Assembly: GCA_036172245.1 (NCBI GenBank)
Contig: JAYWIR010000181.1
Span: 1 to 39,643 of the forward strand
Reading direction: 5' to 3'
Source: Raillietiella orientalis
Lineage: Eukaryota
DNA length: 39,643 bases
Part shown: positions 24,001-34,500 of the stretch, piece after piece
Layout of the letters: each line of letters starts with the position of its first letter
Numbering within the stretch: the stretch's first letter is position 1
Notes under the pieces: generated by a model
Database searches by the model: none
Seen by the model: the letters and a program-made list of their open reading frames with translations, nothing else
What the model was told of the DNA's origin: nothing
Made by a program: the position numbers and the translations under genes

Positions 24001-27000
24001 GCACTTTGCATTCTGTGTTGTTTTGATGGTAACCAGTGTCGGAATTAGAAAGGCAATCGTCTCATTCGCTCTGATTGATTATTTGGTCCAAATTTGCAAC
24101 TATTGAGGTTTTGTAATCAACTCGAAATCAGAAGATTTCACCATTGCCCTTGTGCGCTTATTCACGAACCATCCATTTACAGTGAGTGGCAAACTCCCTT
24201 CATGGAGAGCCGCAGAGCCTCCCAATTTCCTGGTTTCAGAGGATCATTAAGAAGAGTTCGACTTTTCATTAGGGCGTGGCACTTTTGATTCTGTGTTGTT
24301 TTCATGGTAACCAGTGTCGGAATTAGAATGGCAATCTGCTCCTTCGCTCTGATTCATTATTTACTTGTAATTTGCAACTATTGAGGTTTTGTAATCAATT
24401 CTTAATCAGAAGATTTCACCATTGCACTTTTGCGCCTCTTCACGAACCATCCATTTGCAGTGAGTGGCAAATTCCCTTCATGGAGAGCCGCAAAGCCTCC
24501 CAATTTCCTGGTTTCAGAGGATCATTAAGAAGAGTTCGACATTTCATTAGGGCGTGGCACTTTGGATTCTCTGTTGTCTTCACGGTAACCTGTGTCGGAA
24601 TTGGAAATTTAAACTTCTCCTTCGCTCTGATTCAATCTTTGGTTCTAAATTGCAGCGTTTGAGCTTTTGTAATCAATTCGAATTCAGAACATTTCACTAT
24701 TGCACTTCTCCGCCTCTTGACGAACGAACTATTTGCACTGAGTGGCAAATTCTCGTCATAGAGAGCAGCAGAGCCTTCCAATTTCCTGGTTTTAGAGGAT
24801 CGTTGAGAAGAGTCCGACATTTCGTTAGAGCGTGAGACTTTGCATTCGGTGTTGTCTTCATGGTAACCAGTGTCGGAATTAAAAAGGCAATCCTCTCCTG
24901 GGCTTTGATTCATTATTTGGTCCAAATTTGGAACTATTCAGGTTTTCTAATCAATTCGAATTCAGAACATTTCACCATGGCACTTTTCCGCCTCTTCACG
25001 AACCATCCATTTGCAGTGAGTGGCAAGTTCTAGTCATAGAGAGCGGCAGAGCCTTCCAATTTCCAGGATTCAGAGGATCGTTTAGAAGAGTCCGACGTTT
25101 CATTAGGGCGTTGCACTTTGGCTTCGCTGTTGTTTTCAAAGTGAACAGTTTCAAAATTCGAAAGGCAATCCTCTCCTTCGTTCTGATTCATTATTTGGTG
25201 CAAATTTGCAACTATTGAGGTTTAGCAATCAATTGGATATCAGAAGATTTCACCATTGCAATTTTCCGCCTCTTCACGAACCTTCCATTTGCAGTATGTG
25301 GCAAATTCACGTCATAGAGAGCAGCAGAGCCTTCCAATTTCCTGGTTTCATAGGATCGTTAAGAAGTGTCCGACATTTCCTTGGAGCGAGCCACCTTGGA
25401 TTCTGTGTTTTCTTCATGGTAACCAGTGTCGGAATTGGAAAGGCAATCTTCTCCTTCCCTCTGATTCATTAATTGGTCCAAATTTGCAACTAATGAGGTT
25501 TTGTAATCAACTCGAAATCAGAAGATTTCACCATTGTAATTTTGCGCGTTTTCACGAACCTTCCATTTGCAGTAAGTGGCAAATTCACGTCATGGAGAGC
25601 AGCAGAGCCTTACAATTTCCTCGTTTCAGAGGATCGTTAAGAAGAGTCCGACATTTCCTTAGAGCGTGTCACTTTGGATTCGGTGTTGCCTTCATGGTAA
25701 CCAGTGTCCGAATTAGAAAGGCAATCTTCTTCTGGGCTGTGATTCATTATTTGGTCCAAATTTGCAACTATTGAGGCTTTGCAATCAATTGGAAATCAGA
25801 CCATTTCACCATTGCAATTTTGCGCCTCCACACGAACCTTCCATTTGCAGTGATTGGCAAATTCGCTTCATAGACAGCAGCAGAGCCTTTCAATTTCCTG
25901 GTTTCAGAGAATGGTTATGAAGAGTCCGCCATTTTCTTAGAGCGAGGCACCTTGGATTCTGTGTTGTCTTCATGGTAACCAGTGTCGGATTTGGAAAGGC
26001 AAACTTCTCCTTCGCTCTGATTCAATCTTTGGTTCTAAATTGCAGCTTTTGAGGTTTTGTAATCAATTCGAATTTAGAACATTTCACTATTGCACTTTTC
26101 GTCCTCTTCAGGAACGATCCATTCGCACTGAGTGGCAAATTCTCGTCATAGAGAGCAGCAGAGCCTTCCAATTTCCTCGTTTCAGAGGATCGTTAAGAAG
26201 AGTCCGACATTTCCTTGGAGCGTGTCTCCTTGGATTCGGTGTTGCCTTCATGGTAACCAGTGTCGGAATTAGAAAGGCAATCTTCTCCTGGGCTGTGTTT
26301 CATTATTTGGTCCAAATTTGCAACTATTGAGGTTTTGCAATCAATTGGAAATCAGACGAATTTTCCATTGCAATTTTGCGCCTCTTCACGAACCTTCCAT
26401 TTGCAGTGAGTGGCAAATTCGCGTCTTAGAGAGCAGTAGAGCCTTCCAATTTCCTGGTTTCAGAGGATCGTTAAGAAGAGTCCGACGTTTGGTTAGGGCG
26501 TGGCACTTTGGATTCTGTGTTGTTTATTGGTATCCAGTCTCGGAATTGGAAAGCCGATCTTCTCCTTCGCTCTTATTCAATATTTGGTTCTAAATTGCAG
26601 CTTTTGAGGTTTAGTAATCAATTCGAATTCAGAACATTTCACTATTGCATTTTTCCGCCTCTTCACGAACCATCCATTTGCAGTGAGTAGCAACTTCACG
26701 TCATGGAGAGCAGCATAGCCTTACAATTTCCTGGTTTCAGAGGATCGTTAAGAAGAGTCCGACATTTCATTGGGGCGTCGCTATTTCGATTCTGTGTTGC
26801 CTTCATGGTAACCAGTGTCGGAATTAGAAAGGCAATCTTCTAGTTCGCTCTGATTCATTATTTGGTCCAAATTTGCAACTTTTTAGGATTTGTGATCAAT
26901 TGGAAATCAGAAGATTTCACCATTGCAATTTTGCGCCTTTTCACGAACCTTCCATTTGCAGTGAGCTGCAAATCCTCGTCATAGAGAGCAGCAGAGCCTC

Positions 27001-27199
27001 TCAATTTCCTGATTTCACAGGATCGTTAAGAAGAGTCCGACATCTCATTAGGGCGTGGCACTTTGTTTTCTGTGTTGTTTTCATGGTAACCAGTGTCGGA
27101 ATTGGAAAGGCAATCTTCTCCTTCGCTTTGATTCAATATTTGGTTCTGAATTGCAACTTTTGAGATTTTGTAATCAATTCGAAATCAGCACATTTCACT
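1..27199. repeat. Tandem satellite array, 278-bp monomer, about 98 copies (continues beyond the left window edge)
   Basis: The motif TTGCAACTATTGAGGTTTTGTAATCAACTCGAAATC recurs every 278 bp (198, 476, 754, 1032 ... 26873, 27151). Length exceptions are one 272-bp (1032), two 275-bp (7976, 12699) and one 277-bp (26318) monomer. Head-to-tail, AT-rich, no spacers. Confidence 0.98.
24560..27199. repeat. Diverged edge monomers of the 278-bp satellite (about 9.5 copies)
   Basis: Same 278-bp period but many more substitutions than the core, e.g. AATTCGAATTCAGAACATTTCAC, GAGAGCAGCAGAGCCTTCC, TTGGTTCTAAATTGCAGC. Confidence 0.9.
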
Positions 27200-30100
27200 C
27201 AGAATTGCGAACGAAATCATCGAGAACCGGCTCTGTTCGTTTAGGTGCAAGTGCGAAGATTTAAACGGAAAACACCACATGTGAAATAGAGAAGATAGAA
27301 AAATTTATGTGTTGCATTATGGAGTTTCTATTCCGGTGCAGGAAGTGGAAGGAGATCGATCCCATTTATTTTCATGTCTCAGAATTGCGACCGAAATCAT
27401 CGGTGACCGGCCGTGGTCGTTTAGGTGCAAGTGCGTAGATTTGGCGGAAAACACTACATGTGAAATAGAAAAGATAGAGGAATGTTTGTGTAGCATTATG
27501 AAGTTACCATTCCGATGCCGTAAGTGGAAGGAGATTTATACCATCCACTTTCATCTCACAGAATTGCGACCGAATTCTTCGGAAGCAGCCATGGTCGTTT
27601 AGGTGCAAGTGCGGAGAATTGGCTTGAAAACTCCACCTTTGAAATAGAAAAGATAGAGGAATTTCTATGTTGCATTTTGAAGATTCCATTCCGATGCAGG
27701 AAGTGAAAGGAGATTGATCCTATGCATTTTCATGTCTCATAATTGCGACCGAAATCTTCGGCAACCGGCCATGGTCGTTTAGGTACAAGTGCGGTGATAT
27801 AGCCTTAAAACATTACATGCGAAATAGAAATGATAGAGAAATTTTTGTGTTGCATTATGAAGTTTCTATTCCGGTGCAGGAAGTGGAAGGAGATCGATCT
27901 CATCCATTTTGATGTTTCAGTAAATCGACCGAAGTCATCGGTAACCGGCCATGGTTGTTCAGGTGCCAGTGCGGAGTTTTGGCCGGAAATACCTAGATTT
28001 CAAATAGAAAAAATATATGTATTTTTGTGTTGCGGAGTAAAGTTTCCATTGCCACGCAGGAAGTGGAAGGAGATTGATACCATCCATTTTCATGTCTCAG
28101 AATTGCGACCGAAATCATTGGGAACCAGCCATGGTCGTTTAGCTGCAAGTGCGGAGATTTTGCCGGAAAACACTAGATGTGAAATAGAAACGATATTGGA
28201 ATTCTATTGTTGCATTATGAAGTTTCCATTCCAGTGCAGGAAGTGGAAGGAGATTGATGCCATCCATTTTCATGTTTCAGAATTGCGACCGAAATCATCT
28301 TGAACAGGCTCAGGTCGTTTAGGTGCAAGTGCGAAGATTTAAACGGAAAACACCACATGTGAAATAGAAAAGATAGAAAAATTTATGTGTTCCATTATGG
28401 AGTTTCTATTCTGGTGCAGGAAGTGGAAGGAGATTGATACCATCCATTTTCATGTCTCAGCATTACGACCGAAATCATCGGGAACCGGCCATGTTCGTTT
28501 AGGAGCAAGTGCGGAGATTTGGTCGCAAAACTCTAGATGTGAAATATTAACGATAGAGGAATTCTTGTGTTGCATTATCAAGTTTCGGTTCCGGTGCAGG
28601 AAGTGGAAGAAGATTGATTGCAACTATTCTTATGTCTTAGTATTGGGACCGAAATCTTCGGCAACCGGCCATGATCGTTAAGGTACAAGTGCGGAGATTT
28701 GGGCAGTAAACACGATATTTGAAATAGAAAAGATAAAGGAATTTCTATGCAGCATTTTGAAGATTCTATTCCGATGTAGGAAGTGGAAGGAGATCGATTC
28801 CATCCATTTTCATGTTTCAGAATTGAGACCGAATTCTTCGGCAACCGGCCATGGACGTTTAGGTGCAAGTGCGCAGATTTGGCCGGAAAACACTAGATTT
28901 GAAATACAAAAGATAGAGGAATTCTTGTGTTGCATTATGAAGTTTCTCTTCCGGTGCAGGAAGCGGAAGGTGATGGATCCCATCCATTTTCATGTCTTAG
29001 TATCGCGACCGAAATCATCGGGAACCGCCCATGGCCGTTTAGGAGCAAGTGCGGAGAATTGACCGGAAAACACCACATTTGAATTAGAATAGATAAAGGA
29101 TTTTCTATGTTGCATTTTGTAGATTCCATTCCGATGCAGGAAGTGGAAGGAGATCGATACGTTCCATTTTCATGTCTCAGAATTGCGACCGAATTCTTCG
29201 GCAACCGCCCATGGTCGTTTAGGTGCAAGTGAGGAGATATAGCCGGAAAACACCACATGCGAAATAGAAATGATAGAGGAATTTTTGTGTTGCATTATGA
29301 AGTTTCTATTCCGGTGCAGGAAGTAGGAGATCGGTCCCATCCATTTTGATGTTTGAGTAAATCGACCGAAGTCATCGGTAACCGGCCATGGTCGCTTAGG
29401 TGCCAGTGCGGAGATTTTGCCGGAAAACACCACATTTGAAATAGAAAAGATAGAGGAATTTTTGTGCTGGATTATGAAGTTTCTATTCCGGTACAGGAAT
29501 GGGAAGGTGGTTGATCCCATCCATTTTCATGTCTTAGTAATGCGACCGAAATCTTCGGCAACCGGCCATGGTCGTTTAGGTGCAAGTGCAGAGATACAGA
29601 CGGAAAACACCACATTTCAAATAGAAAAGATAAAGGGATTTCTATGTTGCAATTTGAGGATTTCATTCCGATGCAGGAAGTGGAAGGAGATCGAAACGTT
29701 CCATTTTCATTACTCAGAATTGAGACCGAAATCTTCGTCAACCGGCCATGGTCGTTTAGGTGCAAGTGAGGAGATATAGCCGGAATACACCACATGTGAA
29801 ATAGAAAAGTTAGAGGAATGTTTGTGTTGCATTATGAAGTTTCTTTCCATGTTTATGAAGTGGAAGGAGATTGATCCCATTGATTTTCATGTCTCAGAAT
29901 TGCGACCGAAATCTTCGGCAACCGGCTATGGTCGCTTAGGTGCAAGTGCTGAGATATAGCCGAAAAACACCACATGTAAAATAGAAAAGATAGAGGAATT
30001 TCTGTTTGCAGAATGTAGTTTCTTTCCATGTTTAGGAAGTGGAAGGAGATTGATCCCATTGATTTTCATGTCTCAGAATTGCGACCGAAATCTTCGGCAA

Positions 30101-30560
30101 CCGACTATGGTCGTTTAGGTGCCAGTGCGGAGATTTTGCCGGAAAACACCACATGTAAAATAGAAAATATAGAGGAATTTTTGTGTTGCAGAATGTAGGT
30201 TTTATTCCCATGCAGGTAGTTGAAGGAGATATTCCATCCATTTTCATGTCCTAAAATTGCGACCGAAATCTTCGGAAACCGGCCATTTTCGTTCAGGTGC
30301 AAGTGCGGAGATTTAGCCGGAAAACACTAGCTGTGAAATAGAAACGAGAGTGGAATTCTGGTGTTGCATTATGAAGTTTCTATTCCGGTGGACGAAGTGG
30401 AAGGAGATTGATCCCATTTATTTTTATGTCTTAAAATTGCGACAGAATTCATCGGGAACCGGCCATGTTCGTTTAGGTGCAAGGTCGGAGATTTGGCCGG
30501 AAAACACCACTTGTGAAATAGAAAAGATAGAGGAATTTTTGTGTTGCATTATGAAGTTTC
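27198..30560. repeat. Tandem satellite array, 180-bp monomer, about 18.7 copies, diverged
   Basis: AGAATTGCGACCGAAATC...TTAGGTGCAAGTGCGGAGAT...GGAAAACACCACATGTGAAATAGAAAAGATAGAGGAA...GGAAGTGGAAGGAGAT recurs at ~180-bp spacing (27201, 27381, 27560 ...). Confidence 0.96.
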
Positions 30561-31585
30561 GAAATAGGCGCTGAAGAGCAAGGGGCTAAGGCTGTCTCTC
30601 TGTCGTATGCCGCGTCGCCCCGGTATGCCGTACACGGTGGATCCACTAAAAAAAACGTTAGTAAGGGTGTCGCGCCAGCTGGAGCGCAGGTAGGCCAGCA
30701 AAGAGGCCGGGAAGCCCAAGCGTTCCAGAAGCTCCAAAAAAAGATTCTGTTCGGCGCAATCGAATGCTTTTTGCAAATCGACTGCCACCGCGAGGGCTCC
30801 TCTCCCCTCACCACCATCCCTTCTTCCACCGACGGACGCACCAGAATTCCGGTTGCTTATTATGCTCCTCCCTTGTTGGAGCTCTGACCATTTGGAAGCG
30901 TGGAACAGTTTCGCCTCCATACTTCGCCCAGAAACACATATGTCTGTTCCCAGCTGATGAAGATGTTGGCGACTTGTCCCAGGCGCTCTGGCCACAGCTT
31001 GGCTAGCAACTTGGCGTCCGCAATCACTATTGTGATGGGACGACAGTTGTTCATGCTCCATAGGACTCCTCCCTTAGGGAGGAGCCGCACCTTTGATGAA
31101 CGAAACGAGGTGGGAACGTCACCTGTCTCGCGAATCAGCAAGGTGAGTTGCTGTACCAGGGGGGTAAGCTCAACCGCGTAAGTTTGGTAAAACTCCGCGG
31201 GCAGGCCGTCCTCTCTGGAGATCTTCGCCTCTTGAGCTTTCCGATGGCCGAGTTGATCTCGCCCATCGTGAAAGGCTCGTCGAGGTTCCTTTTCTCCTCC
31301 TCTCCGATCGCTATAGCAACTTCTGGAAGCAGTAGTCGTGAGACAGCCTGCTCTGGAGCCGCCCTGACGTACAGGAAGGGGTAAAATTACCTCACTATCC
31401 CGGGTTTCTGAGCGGGAACCGAGTGCTCCCGGCGCTCGTCGTCCAGCAAGCTGTCCGGCCCGGATTGCCAGGCTTGCCTCTCGGCTCCCGCTCTGTATTC
31501 CGCTAACCTGCGCATGTCGGGGGTTCTCGCGTAACGTCGGGCCTGAAGATAGCACCTTTCGTTACGCGGACCCTTCCTAAATCCC
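30558..31585 (-). mobile_element. Element A: internal ORF2 fragment (linker + N-terminal half of RT) of an L1/Tx1-like non-LTR retrotransposon; pseudogenised and truncated at both ends
   Basis: Minus-strand translation across frames gives GFRKG..YLQARRY..RLAEYRAGAERQAWQSG..SLLD..DEPFTMGEI..SP/EDGLPAEFYQ..LLPKGG..RPITIV..EQTY/GRSMEA..VDLQKAFD..GIRQRDSLSPLLFSAYFE. It is colinear with element B 34310-35350. Stop at 31387-31389; frameshifts near 31215 and 30940. Confidence 0.92.
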
Positions 31586-31599
31586 TCTCCTCGAGAGCT

Positions 31600-34500
31600 G
31601 ACGTGTTTTTCCGGCGCTCCGCGTACGAGTACCGGAAAGCGGCTTTCTTTGGTGAAGTGTGTGCTGTTTCACATCTTTGGTGCCCAATGGCAGCGATGCC
31701 AGAAAACACCACGATGGAGGTAGGTGTGGGGGAGGCTTGCATACCCCCACAGCCTGCAGAATCAGGGGCGTCCGCTCCGGAATCATCTCCGGCAACGCCG
31801 AGAACGTGGAGCGCCATGGTTTCCGCGCCGAGCGCGGAAAATTTGGCAGAGCAGGCGGTCTACAGGGCTCCGGATATAAACCATCTCTGGTTTATCAGGT
31901 AGGACCCCTGTTTGATGGTCGCACCGCCCGGGCATTTAGTAGGGCACTGCTGGATTTCCCTGTACGAGAGGAGGATCTTGACGGCCTCTCCGTACTCAGC
32001 GGCGGGCAGCGCGTGGAGGACGTCTGCAAAGACGTAGCCTTAGCACAGCGCCTCATTAACACCCCGCTGAATGTGGATGGCCGGAAGATCCTGCCGGTTC
32101 GCATGGACCGCTCCGTAGTGGTCCATCCAACCGGCATTACGAACCGCATAACGCGTTCTGCGGTGAGTAATGAATTAAGCAAATACGGAGAGATACACGC
32201 GTTGTGGCCAAAGCCTACCATTTTCGAAGGCTTTAATAGGCACTACGGAGGCCAGGCTGCAGCGTGTGTAACGCTTAGTGAGGGCAGTGGCTTGCCTTAC
32301 AAACTGGAGGTCGCAAAGGATTCCGTCGACCTCTGGTACGTGGGGAAACCCCGCTATTGTGGCTACTGCGATGAAGTAGGGCACTTGCGCAAGCGGTGCC
32401 CGAATATCGAGTGCCACTTGTGCGGGGTTAAGGGACACGTTCGTCGTGTGTGCCCCAAACGCCCCACCTTGGTGCCACCTGCTCCCAAAAAGGCACAGGC
32501 TAATAAAGGAAAAAAGGTCGAAAGACCTTATCGCGAAACTGGCCGGCCCCAGCCGCCATCTCCTGTTCCTCCCACCCAGGCGTCGGAGGAAAAACCCGCT
32601 GAAGACGCGGGAGAGGAAGAAGGATGGAAGCTGGTAAAGGCCAGAAAAGAAAAAAAAGTTCCCCCCGTGGAACCCGCGATAGCGAAGAGAGAAAAGAGCG
32701 CGAAACCAAATAAACCCGGTCCGCGCTCGAAAACTCTTCGCGAGTGCACGGTGGCACTCGAACGGATTGCCGTCCCCGAGGCTGCCACCCGGGGCGACGA
32801 GCCTCTCCTCGCCGTTTCCGCCGCGCCCGAGGTTCGCGACGACGAACCCTCTGTTTGCACAGAGGGTGAGCCGCGCGAAGCGCACGCCGAAAGCGAGGAC
32901 GCCGCGTTCGCGCAGGCGGCGGAGGAGCTCGCGGCCACGCTGGCCGAGCGTGAGAACCCCTCGCGCAAGGCCGTGCGAAGGCCGGCTCCGCCGAAGAAGT
33001 CCCCCGCAGGTGAGTGCGACCTGGGGGCCGGAACTGCATCCTCCTCGTCGGAGGCACCCCCCCGGAAGACGGGACGCAAGTCCCAGAAACGCAGGAGGCG
33101 CCTCCCCTCCAAGAGCGAGGAGGAGAAGCAGGATGCCGACGGCAGCGTGGGAATCCCGGAGGGGAAATCGCACGCGCGGAAGTCGTCGAGCAGGCCACCC
33201 CATCTAGGAGGGTGAGCAGGGGGCGGAGTCCTCCTTGCCAGCGCGGACCCTGTACAGCCCACCCCTATGGAGGAGGGCCAACAGGAAGGCGCGACCCCAC
33301 CGGAGGATGACCCGCCCGAAGCGCCGTCACAGATGGAGCGGGGGGACCAGGTGCTCGAGTCACCTGTCCCTCCGGCTCCACCTATCGTCCCGCCTTAACA
33401 GCTGGCAGACGCCGCAGAGCCGATTTCCCAGGAATAACACCTGGGCTCGCCTGTCGCCGTCGAATACGCGTGGCCAGTTGGAACGTCAACGGACTGCGCG
33501 ACGACGGCAACAGACGAGATACGGCCGACACCCTGCATGAGTTCGAGCTGGCCCTGCTGCAGGAGATCCACGTGATCACCTCGGCAGACGTCCAGGAGAT
33601 CGAGACGATCGCAGGGGGTCGACTGTATTGGCGATGCGACGCCCGCAACACCTGTAGGGTCGCGTTCTTCGTGAAGCCGGCCATCGACGCTGCCGTGAAG
33701 GGCGTACGCTTCGATGACGACGGTCGGGTCGGTCAGCTGACTGTCAGCTGGCCCGACTCGATCGAATTGATCGTGATGAACGTGTACGCCCCAAGCGAAA
33801 AAGGGGGATACAGCGAGCGTACCAGGTTGCTGGAAACGCTGAAGCGCGACTGGCTGGCCGATACGAACGTGCGGAAGGCACACCTGATAGCTGGGGACTT
33901 TAATCTCCGTCTGCTATCAGGTGAGCCCAAAGCACAAGAACGCATGGCCAAGGAGTTGTGCGCTGCCACGCGCACGCGCAACTTGTTGGCGGACGCGGAG
34001 GGAATGGACCGCAGCATCGACCACTTCTTCCTGGATGTCGACCTGTGCTCGCGGGTCGGCAAACAGGGAAAAGTTGCGTCGACGCTGTCGGACCATTCCA
34101 GGATAATCTCCGAGGTTTGCCCACGCGATGAAGGACCCCTGTCCAGGGCGTGGCGGCTGCCTGGGGACTGGACGCGGTCCTCAGGTGCGAAGGAACACCT
34201 TCGCGAATTCCTGAGTGGCGTCACCCTCCGCAGTATGAAACATTGGAACCTCTTCAAGGCCTCGGTCCGCGAGCTCTGCAAGGAGTTCCCCCTGCACCGC
34301 CTGACCCCCGGATTTGGTAGGGGGGCTTAAAACCATAGGGCCTATTTACAGGCCCGCCGGTACGAGAGGACCCCTAATGTCTGTCGCCTGGCCGAATATC
34401 GAGCCGGGGCCGAGCGCCAATCCTGGCAATCCGGTTCGGCCAGCTTGCTGGACGGCCAAGGCCGGGAGCCATCGGCCCCACCCGCAATCAGGCACCTCGT

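Noticed and set aside
28..27264. About 95 near-identical 60-128-aa ORFs with a hydrophobic C-terminus, suggesting a tandem peptide gene array
   Set aside because: They arise from one stop-free phase of the monomer, mostly with TTG starts, and overlap each other with no room for regulatory DNA. Variants are largely non-synonymous, and nonsense alleles (WHF*) are amplified like any other.
1..30560. CRISPR array
   Set aside because: Whole monomers repeat, with no unique spacers and no cas genes; the context is eukaryotic.
27198..30560. Identity with Arabidopsis CEN180 or primate alpha satellite; CENP-B box
   Set aside because: Only the length is similar. I recognise no sequence match and found no TTCG-N4-A-N2-CGGG motif in either monomer consensus.
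27309..30574. Repeat-protein ORFs in the 180-bp array
   Set aside because: A period divisible by 3 gives repeated translations, but stops and frameshifting indels are frequent and ORFs occur on both strands.
30558..31585. Element A as a twin-priming 5' inversion of element B
   Set aside because: A duplicates a region still present in B and differs from it by many synonymous and amino-acid changes, so it is a separate related copy.
31600..31715. Short matches of B's 5' region to the 180-mer (GTGTTTTTCCGGC, CCAGAAAACACCAC), suggesting a LINE-derived satellite
   Set aside because: The matches are 12-14 bp, on mixed strands and not colinear; compatible with chance.
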